From contig CAUSOC010000003.1 of NCBI GenBank assembly GCA_963533325.1, positions 2,305 to 66,304 on the forward strand: a DNA stretch of 64,000 nucleotides, read 5' to 3'. Below, in pieces: positions 1 to 11,586 of this stretch. This DNA comes from an uncultured Candidatus Saccharibacteria bacterium. GTDB taxonomy: Bacteria > Patescibacteriota > Saccharimonadia > Saccharimonadales > Saccharimonadaceae. Position numbers and translations under genes: made by a program. How positions within the stretch are numbered: the first letter of the stretch is position 1; each line of letters begins with the position of its first letter. The notes under the pieces were generated by a model. That model was not told where the DNA came from, made no database searches, and was given only the letters and a program-made list of their open reading frames with translations.

Positions 1-1
1 C

Positions 2-847
2 CAAGTCACGATCCCAAGACCAACTCTGTACTGGTGAGTACTGTGCAACATTGATAGCTTTCATCGTGAAATTAGAGCCATCATCAGCCTGACGACCACC
101 AACAGAGAAAGCGCGTGCTCGGTTGGTAATCTCTGTAGTACCGCTAGATGGGTCAGAGCCAACATAATATGTCAAATCATCTTCTGTGCCGACGTTAAAG
201 CCTGCGCGATTGTTGGTAGGGTCTTTTAGGGTAGTTGGATTCTTGTCTTCAACATAGAATTTACCAGGGCCAACCTTGCTTTTTGCATCGACTTGTTCCA
301 GTGGTTGATCGTCGATAAACATCTGCTCTGGGTAAGCAGCCATACCTTCTTTGGATGGGTTGGGGTTGACCGTACAAACACGACAGAAATTACGGAATTT
401 ACCCGTAGTCTTCCACATGTTGCCTTCTTTAGTCCATCGATCTGCCGATACAATATCGCTACCCTTCATCCAGACTTCAGCATGAGGGGCAGCCTGGAAG
501 GTAATATTTTTCTTCGTGACAAAGAAATGAGGCTCTCGGTAAGCACCGCTCTTGGCTACAACCGTTCCTCCATCAGAAACGGCCTGTAAGCCTCGCCTAA
601 AGGTCGCGAACGGTCGCGCTTCGGTACCATTCCCAGAATTGTCATTACCATCTGGCGAAATCCATGCCACATTGGTTGTCGGCACAGAATAGTTAGTATC
701 CATTGCTTTATATTTTTTATGAACACTGGCCGCTTGTGCCATAAACGGATTTGTCAAAACCAACGCAAACACCATCACCACTGCAGCTGCTGGTATTGCT
801 ATCTTGGCGACACGTTGATTCCTTCTTGATATACGAAGACGTACCAT
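2..847 (-). CDS. Secreted right-handed beta-helix (pectin-lyase fold / DUF1565-like) protein, runs off the left edge of the window
   Basis: Hand-translated; absent from the ORF track. MVRLRISRRNQRVAKIAIPAAAVVMVFALVLTNPFMAQA (signal peptide, AQA site), then VAWISPDGNDNSGNGTEARPFATFRRGLQAVSDGGTVVAKSGAYRE, the typical start of such beta-helix proteins. Frame is open to the edge; purine-rich RBS upstream. Confidence 0.75.
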   Translation of the reverse strand, partial: MVRLRISRRNQRVAKIAIPAAAVVMVFALVLTNPFMAQAASVHKKYKAMDTNYSVPTTNVAWISPDGNDNSGNGTEARPFATFRRGLQAVSDGGTVVAKSGAYREPHFFVTKKNITFQAAPHAEVWMKGSDIVSADRWTKEGNMWKTTGKFRNFCRVCTVNPNPSKEGMAAYPEQMFIDDQPLEQVDAKSKVGPGKFYVEDKNPTTLKDPTNNRAGFNVGTEDDLTYYVGSDPSSGTTEITNRARAFSVGGRQADDGSNFTMKAINVAQYSPVQSWSWDRDL

Positions 848-966
848 CCCTATTTTTCTCCCTCTCCTCAGTTTTGTGTATTAAAACTACCTGCCACCAG
901 TGTAGCATGAGCGATTTCATCATGTCAAATTGTCAACTACTGTTTTTTGTCCTATAATGATTATCC

Positions 967-1641
967 ATGATGCACGCTTTTGTAGACTTTATTATTCACT
1001 TTGGCATTATCGCCGTTTTATTTGTTGTATTCGCCGAGTCAGGTCTATTGTTTGGGTTTATTTTCCCTGGCGATAGCCTGCTATTCACTGCTGGCTATAT
1101 GGTACAACAACACATTTTGCCAATCGACATTTCGATATTCGTACTTTTACTTATCATCGCAGCCATTGCCGGAGACTCAGTCGGTTACACCTTCGGTCAC
1201 AAGGTAGGCCGAAAATTATTTGAGCGAAAGAACTCGCGCTTATTCAAACGTAAGTATCTCATCCAAGCTGAGAAGTTTTATGAAAAACATGGCGCTATCA
1301 CGGTGATCCTAGCGCGATTTGTACCAATTGTGCGCACATTCGCCCCGATCGTAGCCGGTGCAGGCAAAATGCATTATCGAACCTTCTTGCTATTTAACGT
1401 CATCGGTGGCATCTTATGGGCGTCGCTATTTACCTACCTGGGCTTCTTTGCTGGCAAAGCGCTGACTGAAGCTGGCATCAATGTCGAGGTTGCTGCCCTG
1501 ATTATCATTTTCCTATCAGTCTTACCGATGGTTATTCATGCGCTCAAACAAGAATCCACCAAGGCAGCCATCAAAAAACAATTGTCTGTTCTATTTTCAA
1601 AGAACAAACAGCCGAAGTCGGCTACTAAAAAGCGCAAATAA
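967..1641 (+). CDS. dedA: DedA/VTT family membrane protein
   Basis: FAESGLLFGFIFPGDSLLFTAG, GDSVGY and ARFVPIVRTFAP motifs. Confidence 0.92.
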   Translation: MMHAFVDFIIHFGIIAVLFVVFAESGLLFGFIFPGDSLLFTAGYMVQQHILPIDISIFVLLLIIAAIAGDSVGYTFGHKVGRKLFERKNSRLFKRKYLIQAEKFYEKHGAITVILARFVPIVRTFAPIVAGAGKMHYRTFLLFNVIGGILWASLFTYLGFFAGKALTEAGINVEVAALIIIFLSVLPMVIHALKQESTKAAIKKQLSVLFSKNKQPKSATKKRK

Positions 1642-1665
1642 CATTCTTGCATCTAACGAGGCTGT

Positions 1666-4482
1666 CTATTTCAATAGTGGCTTGAGGTACTTACCAGTAA
1701 ACGACTCTGTGTTCTTGGTAATCTCTTCTGGTGTTCCGCTAGCAACCACCGTACCACCGCCCATACCGCCTTCTGGGCCCATATCAATAATCCAATCTGC
1801 TGACTTGATGACGTCCAAATTGTGCTCAATCACGATCATACTGTTTCCACCTTCAACAAGCTTATGCAAAATCCCCAACAATCGCTTAACATCAGCCGAA
1901 TGCAACCCGGTGGTTGGCTCATCCAAAATATACATAGTTTTGCCCGTTGAGCGTTTTGATAACTCAGTCGCTAATTTGATGCGCTGCGCTTCCCCACCAG
2001 AGAAGGTGGTTGCCGGCTGGCCCAAACGAATATAGCCCAGACCAACCTCCACTAACGTCTCAAGCTTCCGGTGAATAGATGGGATACTGTCAAAGAATTC
2101 GGCAGCTTGTTCCACCGTCATTTCCAGCACATCAGAGATAGTGCGGTCTTTATAGGTAATTTCTAGCGCCTCACGGTTGTACCGCTTGCCTTTACACTCG
2201 TCACACATCACATACACGTCTGGCAAAAAGTGCATTTCAATTTTTATCACGCCATCACCCTGACAATTTTCACAGCGACCGCCCTTGACGTTAAAACTAA
2301 ACCGACCCGCCTTGTAGCCACGAACATTCGCTTCTGGCGTGGCGGCAAATAATTCGCGAATTGGCGTAAAAATACCCGTATAGGTGGCTGGGTTTGAGCG
2401 CGGCGTGCGACCAATCGGCGACTGGTCGATGACGATAGCTTTGTCTAGTAGCTTAATGCCGTCGATGCGGTCGTGTTTACCCGGCACAACCTGTGAACGG
2501 TTGAGACGAGCCGCTAGTTCTTTCGCTACAATGTCATTAACCAGCGTCGATTTACCACTACCAGACACACCAGACACCACCGTCATCAGTCCCAACGGAA
2601 ACGCCACGTCAATATTCTTCAAATTATTTTCCCGAGCACCACGTACAATCAGTTGCTGATCCTGGTTTGGCTTTCTGCGCTTTTTTGGTACTGCAATTTT
2701 TTCTACGCCGCTCAAATAGCGACCGGTGATACTGTCTGGATTTTTCGCTACTTCTTCAGGCGAACCCATGGCGACAATTTGCCCGCCTTTCGAGCCAGCA
2801 CCCGGCCCCATGTCGACCAAAAAGTCACTTTGGCGGATGGTATCTTCATCGTGCTCCACCACCAGCACTGTATTTCCAAGATCACGCAGACGCTTCAGGG
2901 TATCAATCAGCCTATCATTATCTCGCTGATGCAAGCCAATGGACGGCTCATCCAGAACATACAGCACACCCTGCAAACCCGAGCCGATTTGTGTCGCTAG
3001 CCGAATGCGCTGCGCCTCACCGCCGCTCAGTGTGTTAGCCGCCCGACCCAGTTCCAGATAATTCAAACCGACATTACTCATAAATCCAAGCCGTGCCTTG
3101 ATCTCCTTTAATATCAGCCGTGCAATCGTCGTTTCCTGTTCCGTCAATTTGAGCTTGTTAGTAAATAAGTCCAACGCATCATCAACGCCCAAGTCACAAA
3201 CATCAACAATATTGAGCCCGTGAACTGTCACTGCCAAGACTACTGGCTTGAGGCGAGCGCCCTTGCAGACATAGCATGCCCGCTCGCGCATAAATCGTTC
3301 AATATCTTTGCGCATAAATTCACTATCAGTCTCACGGTGCCGGCGCTCTAAGTTCGGGATCACCCCTTCATAGGTTGTGTCATAATGCCGACCACTGCCA
3401 AGCTCGATGCGATACTTTTGCGCCCCTGTTCCATACAAAATTGTCTGCTTAGCTTCATCAGACAGTTTCTTAACAGGCGTTCGCACACTAAAGCCATGCG
3501 CCTCGGCAACGGCCATGATTTTTTTCATATAGAAATTGTCGACATTGACGCGGTTGTACGGTCTGATGGCTCCTTCAGCGATAGTCAAATTGTCATTAAA
3601 CACCAGCTCCGGATCAATCTCCATGCGACTACCCAAACCAGTACAGCTTGGACAAGCTCCCTGGGGCGCGTTAAAACTAAACAGTCGTGGTTCCAGCTCA
3701 GGAATATCCTCTTCGGGATGATCAACACAAGCATACCGCTGCGAAAACGTTCGTACCTGATCGTCATCGGCGTCCAAAACCTCCACAATCCCCTGACCTA
3801 ATTCTAAGGCTTGCTCCACACTCTGAGACAACCGACCAGTCAATTCACTGTTCAATGCCAAGCGGTCAACCACCAGCTCAATCGAGTGCTTGTAGCTCTT
3901 TTGTAGCTCTGGAAATTCGTCTAGGGCATACACCACGCCATCAACCCTAACGCGAGCATAGCCCAGCCGACGGTATTGCTCAGGGATGTGCGCAAATTCA
4001 CCTTTTTTATTTTTGACGATTGGCGCCAACAGTAAAATCCGGTGTCCGTCATACTGCTTGATGATTTCTTGGATGATGGCTTCGGTGGTACGCCGCGACA
4101 CTGCTTTGCCGCAAATTGGACAGTGCGGCACGCCGATGCGCGCAAACAACAGTCGCAAATAGTCGTAAATCTCAGTCACTGTCGCTACCGTTGAGCGTGG
4201 GTTACGGCTGGTTGATTTTTGGTCAATCGAAATAGCTGGACTCAAGCCATCGATGCTATCGACATCGGGTTTATCCATCGTTCCCAAAAACTGCCGAGCA
4301 TACGAGTTCAAGCTCTCCATATAACGGCGCTGGCCCTCAGCATAAATCGTGTCAAACGCCAGACTTGATTTGCCTGAACCACTCAGGCCAGTAATGACCA
4401 CGAACTTATCGCGCGGCAATTCCACGCTAACATTTTTCAGATTGTGCTCGCGAGCACCTTTAACTCGAATAACCTCCGGCAT
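1666..4482 (-). CDS. uvrA: Excinuclease ABC subunit A
   Basis: GAREHNLKN, two Walker A motifs ([16 protein letters not shown]), LSGGEAQRI, Zn fingers; start moved to MPEVIRV. Confidence 0.98.
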   Translation of the reverse strand: MPEVIRVKGAREHNLKNVSVELPRDKFVVITGLSGSGKSSLAFDTIYAEGQRRYMESLNSYARQFLGTMDKPDVDSIDGLSPAISIDQKSTSRNPRSTVATVTEIYDYLRLLFARIGVPHCPICGKAVSRRTTEAIIQEIIKQYDGHRILLLAPIVKNKKGEFAHIPEQYRRLGYARVRVDGVVYALDEFPELQKSYKHSIELVVDRLALNSELTGRLSQSVEQALELGQGIVEVLDADDDQVRTFSQRYACVDHPEEDIPELEPRLFSFNAPQGACPSCTGLGSRMEIDPELVFNDNLTIAEGAIRPYNRVNVDNFYMKKIMAVAEAHGFSVRTPVKKLSDEAKQTILYGTGAQKYRIELGSGRHYDTTYEGVIPNLERRHRETDSEFMRKDIERFMRERACYVCKGARLKPVVLAVTVHGLNIVDVCDLGVDDALDLFTNKLKLTEQETTIARLILKEIKARLGFMSNVGLNYLELGRAANTLSGGEAQRIRLATQIGSGLQGVLYVLDEPSIGLHQRDNDRLIDTLKRLRDLGNTVLVVEHDEDTIRQSDFLVDMGPGAGSKGGQIVAMGSPEEVAKNPDSITGRYLSGVEKIAVPKKRRKPNQDQQLIVRGARENNLKNIDVAFPLGLMTVVSGVSGSGKSTLVNDIVAKELAARLNRSQVVPGKHDRIDGIKLLDKAIVIDQSPIGRTPRSNPATYTGIFTPIRELFAATPEANVRGYKAGRFSFNVKGGRCENCQGDGVIKIEMHFLPDVYVMCDECKGKRYNREALEITYKDRTISDVLEMTVEQAAEFFDSIPSIHRKLETLVEVGLGYIRLGQPATTFSGGEAQRIKLATELSKRSTGKTMYILDEPTTGLHSADVKRLLGILHKLVEGGNSMIVIEHNLDVIKSADWIIDMGPEGGMGGGTVVASGTPEEITKNTESFTGKYLKPLLK

Positions 4483-4604
4483 AGCCGCTCTATTATACCG
4501 GTTTTTTATATTTTTTTCCAGACATTGCCTAATTGTTGGATTATATATGAACACGTATTGCTTATGATTGCAAGTCAAGTTTTTATCTGTTACAGTTACT
4601 GTAT

Positions 4605-4988
4605 ATGCAAAGGTTGAGTGTTTACTTACTACTACTTGTTGGCGTGGTTTTCATCACACCAGTGCTATTTGACCAGCTTTGCATGTTCGTGTTTCTTGGC
4701 AAGCTTCCGTTTTTGAACGTCAATTTGTCAGCTACCTCCATGATCGTTTTCTGGCTCGCCCTTGTACCAGTCTGCCGCATCTTGCGAGCAGCCATTCCGG
4801 TATCATTTGACGACATCAAAGAACTCATCCAATACATTTCCCGAAAACACATAAATAACAGCGTGTTGTACCAGAGCCATGATCTAACCTTGCTGTTTGT
4901 CTATCTGGCACATGAAACCAAGAAAGCAAAAACGAGCGAGCCAGACACCCCTATGGGCGCCCAAAAGCTTGCTCCATCTTTAACCTAA
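4605..4988 (+). CDS. Hypothetical membrane protein
   Basis: 127-aa ORF filling the uvrA-sbcB gap; two hydrophobic segments. Confidence 0.6.
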   Translation: MQRLSVYLLLLVGVVFITPVLFDQLCMFVFLGKLPFLNVNLSATSMIVFWLALVPVCRILRAAIPVSFDDIKELIQYISRKHINNSVLYQSHDLTLLFVYLAHETKKAKTSEPDTPMGAQKLAPSLT

Positions 4989-6397
4989 ACGATAGGCAGC
5001 ACCGCTTCTACCCACAACTGTAGTTCCTGTAAAATGAACTGCTGTTCGTCGGTCGCTGTCGGCGCCAAACGCTGCAAGGCTGCCATAAATTGCGGTAGTT
5101 GCGTCTGCAGGCGCTGAGCCCGCCACGTTTCCCACTGCGCCAGGTCATCTTCGCTGAGTGAGCGCGGAAAGTTGCGGGCTTTGTAGTGGAGTAATAATGG
5201 CGTCAACCGCTCGTCCTGAAATTCTGGATGAAAATCAGCTAGCTCGCGCTCATCGGCATTGCGCACCGCTTCTACCCGCAGGCGGTCACGGTCGTTCAAA
5301 AAGCCATCGTATAATTGTGCTTCTGGATCAGGTAGCTTCTTGAAGGCTGGCTTGTTTTCAAAAATAGTCCGTAATTTTTCAGCAAAGTCTGGGTTGTCTA
5401 GCAGTATATTTTGGTGCTTTTGGACAGTCGCTATGCCAAGCGAAATCTTCTGCCAGCCATCACCCTGTTCCAACACACCCAGTGGCGCCACCGCCGGACA
5501 GCGATTATACTGCAATTCTTTGACTGGTAGTTTAACGAAGTCCTCAGCTTGCCGCTCCTCCCACGATGCAAATATTTTCTTCGCCAATTCCTCCGCACTC
5601 AACCCGACAAACGGCGTTGGATCATAGCGCAGATCATAGACAACCACGCCGCCGTTTCGACTGGTCGTCAGCGGAAAGGCTACTGTGGTTTTGGCAAATT
5701 CTTTATCGTAACGCCCACTGGCGTAAACAAACGGTTTTTTGTCGTCGACATTGACCAGCTGTTGGACTACTTTTTTGTCGCGCATTTTTAGTAAATAATC
5801 ATACAACTGCGGCTGCTTTTGCTTAATCAATTTCGTCACGGCAATCAGCGCCGTTACGTCCGCCAAGGCGTCATGGGCATTTTCGTGCGCAATACCGTTG
5901 GCGCTGGTGATCAATTCCAAGCGGTTACTTGGCTCACCTTTAGCATCAAGTGGCCAATTGATTCCTTCCGGCCTAAGTGCTCTGGTTAACCGAACCACGT
6001 CCAGCAAATCCCAACGCGAGCGGCCATCCCTCCAGCTCCATTCATACGGGTCATGAAAATTACGCCACAACAAATGGCGAATGAACTCATCGTCAAACCG
6101 AATATTATTAAAGCCAACCGCAATAGTATCCGGCGTGAAAATCTCCTCGCTGAGCATCCGCGTAAACTGCGCCTCAGTGTAGCCTTCCTCGACCGTTTTT
6201 TGCGGCGTGATACCAGTCACCATCAGCGCGTCAGGGCTCGGCAAAGTATCATCGTTCAGCGCCACCAGCAGATTATACGGCTCGCCAATCGGTTCGAGAT
6301 TCATGTCTGTCCGCTGCCCCGCAAACTGCATGATGCGGTCTTGTCGCGAGTTTAGTCCGCTAGTTTCGAGGTCGTAGAAGAAGAATGTTTGCGCCAT
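4985..6397 (-). CDS. sbcB: Exodeoxyribonuclease I
   Basis: DEDDh motifs FYDLETSG, GFNNIRFDDEF and HENAHDALADV; EAQLYDGF. Confidence 0.95.
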   Translation of the reverse strand: MAQTFFFYDLETSGLNSRQDRIMQFAGQRTDMNLEPIGEPYNLLVALNDDTLPSPDALMVTGITPQKTVEEGYTEAQFTRMLSEEIFTPDTIAVGFNNIRFDDEFIRHLLWRNFHDPYEWSWRDGRSRWDLLDVVRLTRALRPEGINWPLDAKGEPSNRLELITSANGIAHENAHDALADVTALIAVTKLIKQKQPQLYDYLLKMRDKKVVQQLVNVDDKKPFVYASGRYDKEFAKTTVAFPLTTSRNGGVVVYDLRYDPTPFVGLSAEELAKKIFASWEERQAEDFVKLPVKELQYNRCPAVAPLGVLEQGDGWQKISLGIATVQKHQNILLDNPDFAEKLRTIFENKPAFKKLPDPEAQLYDGFLNDRDRLRVEAVRNADERELADFHPEFQDERLTPLLLHYKARNFPRSLSEDDLAQWETWRAQRLQTQLPQFMAALQRLAPTATDEQQFILQELQLWVEAVLPIV

Positions 6398-6402
6398 GAC
6401 TA

Positions 6403-7308
6403 CTAATCGTTGTTAATTGCCGCTATCGCTTCTCGAGCAAGAAGTCGTTTAGCATACTCAGGACCAGGCATGAGATTTTTTTCTCCGTGCAACAAATTGT
6501 ACACATCCAGCTTCAATGCCTTTGCAGCATCCGAGCGCGTATCATCTCTCCATTCCCTAATGATAGGTGAACGAAGAGCCTTGTCCACTGGCGCCTGAGG
6601 GTCAACCCACGCTTCTTTCAGTACCTCTTCTGGCACATGAATCCTACCGTCTTTCCAGCGCGATTCCAGATGGTTTAATGCAATCAACTGTTCAACTTTC
6701 TCCCCAAAATCATCAGATACATCAGGAGTGCGCAGCTCAGCACCCGCCAGGGCCAAATGCACATTGTACGCCCCGCCCAGCTTACGATAAATTTTCTTCA
6801 ATTCTTCCGCGCTCAACGCAGGTTGTTCCTCTGGCCTCACATAGTCGGCCTTCGTTGCGTCAAGCCAGTCAGCATAATATCCAGCCGCTTTTTCAGAACC
6901 AAACTGTTTCTTCTTCAGGCCAGCCAATACATACTGTGTCAATTTGCCAACTGGCCCATCGAGCAGCGACTCAACATTTCCCTTACGAACTTCTACCGCT
7001 AGGCGCCCGACGTATTCTTTAGGCTGATTTTTCAAATAATGATCACCGCTGAGCGGCTCCTCACCTCTCAACGCTCTGAGAACATCGTTCTGTGCGTCCT
7101 TAAAAGCCACATGCATCCGGACGTTGGGACCAAAATGATAACGACGTACCGCAGGAGCAAGCGCACGTTCCACTAAGGTCAACCCGACAGCCCCAACTGT
7201 CCCTACGGTATCCTCTCGATTTGATTTATATGCAATTTTGTTTTCCAGTCGCCCGATCTCCCAATAGCTCGGTACAGTCATCTGCCGCTCTGTGTTGCTA
7301 CTACCCAT
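6403..7308 (-). CDS. Hypothetical protein, possible degenerate squalene/phytoene synthase fold
   Basis: RBS GAGGAGG; spacing of DWLDATKAD..EELKKIY and GRIHVPEEVL recalls class I isoprenoid synthases, but there are no Asp-rich motifs. Confidence 0.45.
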   Translation of the reverse strand: MGSSNTERQMTVPSYWEIGRLENKIAYKSNREDTVGTVGAVGLTLVERALAPAVRRYHFGPNVRMHVAFKDAQNDVLRALRGEEPLSGDHYLKNQPKEYVGRLAVEVRKGNVESLLDGPVGKLTQYVLAGLKKKQFGSEKAAGYYADWLDATKADYVRPEEQPALSAEELKKIYRKLGGAYNVHLALAGAELRTPDVSDDFGEKVEQLIALNHLESRWKDGRIHVPEEVLKEAWVDPQAPVDKALRSPIIREWRDDTRSDAAKALKLDVYNLLHGEKNLMPGPEYAKRLLAREAIAAINND

Positions 7309-7368
7309 GATACCTCCTCGTCTGATTAGCGATTTATACCTAATTATACCACTATTGACGATGTCAAG

Positions 7369-8751
<1,383 letters not shown>

Positions 8752-9864
8752 TTAATGAATATAATTATAAGCGCCTGGGTTGGTCAACTCACGGTGAGTG
8801 ATGACATTGTAGCCAGCGAAGTTCATGTCACTCACAAACACCCGACCGTTCTCAACCCTGTCAACGATTCCAACGTGTCCGTAGTAGCCACCTGAGCTCT
8901 GGAAGATAGCACCCGGAGCTGGTGTCTTGTTGACAGTGAATCCAGCAGCACGTGCACTCGCAGCCCAAGTATTGGCATTACCCCAGAAGCTACCAATCGG
9001 ACGACCAAGTGCCAAACGTCGCTCATATGAGTACCACGTACAGTTACCTGGTGCGTATCGGTTACCAACAGAAGCAGCAACATTGCCGTAGCTCACGCTA
9101 CCATAACTAGAATGACCACTACTTCGGCCACCACGCGGTGCAACATAACCTGGGCGTTCTGTCTCTGGCAGCTCACCACCAGGCAAGACGATACGCGTAT
9201 TGACTGTTGGCTGCGCTACGCGGTCCAGTGAGTTGTACAATAAAACTCGCTCAGCATCAACTTTGTATTTTGAAGCGATGGCTGCAATGGTATCGCCTTC
9301 CTTGACAGTGTAAACCACACCATCAACTTGTGGTACCAACAGTGTCCTACCCGGCTCAACGGCATCAGAGGTCATATTGTTTGCCCAACGCAGCGTTTGA
9401 GTTGAAATCTTGAACTTAGCAGCAATTTTAGCTAAATCATCACCCGGCTTAGTAACATATTCGGTAATACCACGCTGAGACGACGTTTCCGGTTGGATAA
9501 GCTGCGGCTTAGAGATAACCTCTGCGTCAGTTTGAGCTAACTGCTTCTGGATTTGCAAAGAAGTAGTTGCTTCGCGCAAGTCACCAGCAGATGGTAAATC
9601 AGTAGCCTCTGCTAAACTAGCGACAGCGTCAGCCACCTCTAATTGATCGACTGACATTTTTTCCTTACTTGTGGTTGTAGACTTTGGATTTGGGTTGGCA
9701 ACCTGAGACTCTTGAGCGGAGACTTCTACGCCGACAACCCCGGTTCCCTGATGATAATTATTAATAGTCAAAAATGAAACAATAAGTGCAAATAGGGCTA
9801 CATAGATAGAAGCTGACCGTACTCGCGCTAGACGACTCTGTCGAGTCTTTGATGTGTTACGAAT
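8752..9864 (-). CDS. LysM-LysM-CHAP peptidoglycan hydrolase with N-terminal signal/anchor (probable ATT start)
   Basis: Two LysM repeats (YVTKPGDDL, YTVKEGDTI); CHAP motifs GNCTWY, WGNANTW, YGHVGIV, SDMN. The frame extends upstream of the track start to ATT codons after AGGAGA. Confidence 0.9.
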   Translation of the reverse strand: MRNTSKTRQSRLARVRSASIYVALFALIVSFLTINNYHQGTGVVGVEVSAQESQVANPNPKSTTTSKEKMSVDQLEVADAVASLAEATDLPSAGDLREATTSLQIQKQLAQTDAEVISKPQLIQPETSSQRGITEYVTKPGDDLAKIAAKFKISTQTLRWANNMTSDAVEPGRTLLVPQVDGVVYTVKEGDTIAAIASKYKVDAERVLLYNSLDRVAQPTVNTRIVLPGGELPETERPGYVAPRGGRSSGHSSYGSVSYGNVAASVGNRYAPGNCTWYSYERRLALGRPIGSFWGNANTWAASARAAGFTVNKTPAPGAIFQSSGGYYGHVGIVDRVENGRVFVSDMNFAGYNVITHRELTNPGAYNYIH

Positions 9865-9867
9865 AAT

Positions 9868-10066
9868 CGTTCTCCTGCATTGACGTTACCGCCAGTGCTA
9901 CTACCATAATGAGTCTTTCTTCTCGCAATAGAACAGGATACGTTGTCGACCTAATAATTAGTGATATTTCATAAACGATTAGTTTTGTGCTGTATCCGTA
10001 CGACCGTTTTGGTAGGCTCAACCCTCGACAGTTAAAAACAGAGTTAACTGTTCACGGTTAAGCTGA
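9868..10066 (-). ncRNA. Structured 5' leader of the LysM-CHAP gene, candidate lysM-TM7-type cis-regulatory RNA
   Basis: Minus-strand helices: gcttaacc/ggttgagc enclosing acagttaa/ttaactgt; ctacca/tggtag enclosing ggatac/gtatcc; gcactggcg-GTAA-cgtcaatgc next to the RBS. Confidence 0.65.
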
Positions 10067-10071
10067 CATCT

Positions 10072-10100
10072 ATTATAGTCTATATTGACATTTAAGTCAA
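10072..10100 (-). promoter_or_regulatory. Sigma70-type promoter of the LysM-CHAP leader
   Basis: TTGACT-17 nt-TATAAT on the minus strand. Confidence 0.85.
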
Positions 10101-10124
10101 AACATTTTTAGAAAATACATTTTG

Positions 10125-11189
10125 TCAAGATTGCTGACACTTCTGATGACAATGCGCCTTGGTATTAGCAGTGTGCTCGGCATCTGTTTTAGCAAAATAG
10201 GTTACATTATCATCGCCACTGAGGAAAAAGAGGTAATCTGTCTGTGCCGGGTCAGCAACCGCATTCAGTGCACTTAGCCCAGGAGTAGCTATCGGCCCTG
10301 GTGGCAGCCCTTTGTGCACGCGAGTATTGTATGGGGAGTCAAGCTGCGTATCACGAGTGACACCCATCTTGTCAGCAGCATACTGATAGGTCACATCCGA
10401 CCCTAAGTTCATGCCGGCTTTCATCCTGTTATAAAATACGCTAGCAATCTTTCGCTGATCTTCACAGACTTCAGTGCCTACACCGCAGCCAATTGACTCT
10501 TTTTGGACGATGGAAGCGAGCGTTATACCCTGATAGAGCGTCAATCCGCGTTTTTTGAACTTTTCTTCCAAATTATTTTTTCTGGCTACTTGATCAAACT
10601 CTGCTAATGCTCGCTGAATTGCTGATTTGGCGGTTGCATCACCGCTCATAAAATACGTATCACCATAAACAAAACCTTCAAGATCAGCTCCTGCCGGGCG
10701 TGATTTGAAGACATAGCTATCGTAGTCAGCCTTAAAGGCGGATTCAATATCGGCGTCGTTATATCCAGCTTTTTTGAGAGCGCTTTCGACTGAGCGGTAA
10801 TCTTTTCCGCGTAACGTACCGTCAGGGTAGAAGCGAACAGCCATCTCATCAGATTGACCATTGATCAGATGTTTGATGATCTCAGGTGTTGACTGCGATG
10901 GCTTGACAGCATACACGCCGACGTTAAAACGAGCATCAATTCGCTTCAATTTGATATAGCCCAAAAATGCGTACCGACTGCGGATAAGTTTCTTTTCTTC
11001 CAGGGCAGATGCTACTTGAGGGGCTGTCATGCCGCTGGTGATATTGACCCGCGTTACGGTCTGGTCGCCTGTGTTTACCGCCGAAAGATTGTATATATAC
11101 CAACCAGCTCCAGCCGCAGCAGATAAACCGAGCACTGCCACCAAGCCAGCTACCACAATCATCCATTTTCTCGACTTACGAATCTGCAT
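10125..11189 (-). CDS. mltG: Endolytic transglycosylase MltG
   Basis: N-terminal TM; LASIVQKE, IASVFYNR, SPYNT, GLPPGPI; start MQIRKS after GGAGG. Confidence 0.95.
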   Translation of the reverse strand: MQIRKSRKWMIVVAGLVAVLGLSAAAGAGWYIYNLSAVNTGDQTVTRVNITSGMTAPQVASALEEKKLIRSRYAFLGYIKLKRIDARFNVGVYAVKPSQSTPEIIKHLINGQSDEMAVRFYPDGTLRGKDYRSVESALKKAGYNDADIESAFKADYDSYVFKSRPAGADLEGFVYGDTYFMSGDATAKSAIQRALAEFDQVARKNNLEEKFKKRGLTLYQGITLASIVQKESIGCGVGTEVCEDQRKIASVFYNRMKAGMNLGSDVTYQYAADKMGVTRDTQLDSPYNTRVHKGLPPGPIATPGLSALNAVADPAQTDYLFFLSGDDNVTYFAKTDAEHTANTKAHCHQKCQQS

Positions 11190-11586
11190 AGTGTACCTCC
11201 AAATAATCCTGCAAAATGATGCTGGCAGCCTCAGCGTCAATCTCACCTTTATCTTTAACGCGACCTAACCGGCGCTCAGCTTCAACACTACTGAGCGACT
11301 CATCTTGATAAACCAGCTCAGCATCAAGCTCAATCTCAGAAAAACCATCAACAAACTGCTCTACAAACGCTGTCTGTTTGGTTGGCTCTCCTGACTGATT
11401 GCGCGGATAACCAACGACAATGATGTCAATATCATGACGTAATACTGTTTCCGCCAACTTGGTAAAAATCTCATCGTTATTCTCCAGCCAACCAAACGGC
11501 ACAGCGATTCTGACTGAGGTATCAGCCATAGCCAAACCAATTCGTCGTTCACCGACGTCCAGTGCCAGCAAATTCTTACCGGCCAT
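11176..11586 (-). CDS. ruvX: YqgF/RuvX family nuclease
   Basis: LALDVGERRIGLA, VVGYP, DESLSS, IDAEAASIILQDYL. Confidence 0.95.
   Translation of the reverse strand: MAGKNLLALDVGERRIGLAMADTSVRIAVPFGWLENNDEIFTKLAETVLRHDIDIIVVGYPRNQSGEPTKQTAFVEQFVDGFSEIELDAELVYQDESLSSVEAERRLGRVKDKGEIDAEAASIILQDYLEVHYADS

Noticed and set aside
226..957. Track ORFs 226..453, 293..589, 717..923 and 751..957
   Set aside because: Shadows of the real minus-strand gene 2..847.
4483..4604. LexA/SOS box upstream of uvrA
   Set aside because: GAACACGTATTG does not complete GAAC-N4-GTTC, and no CTG-N10-CAG box is evident.
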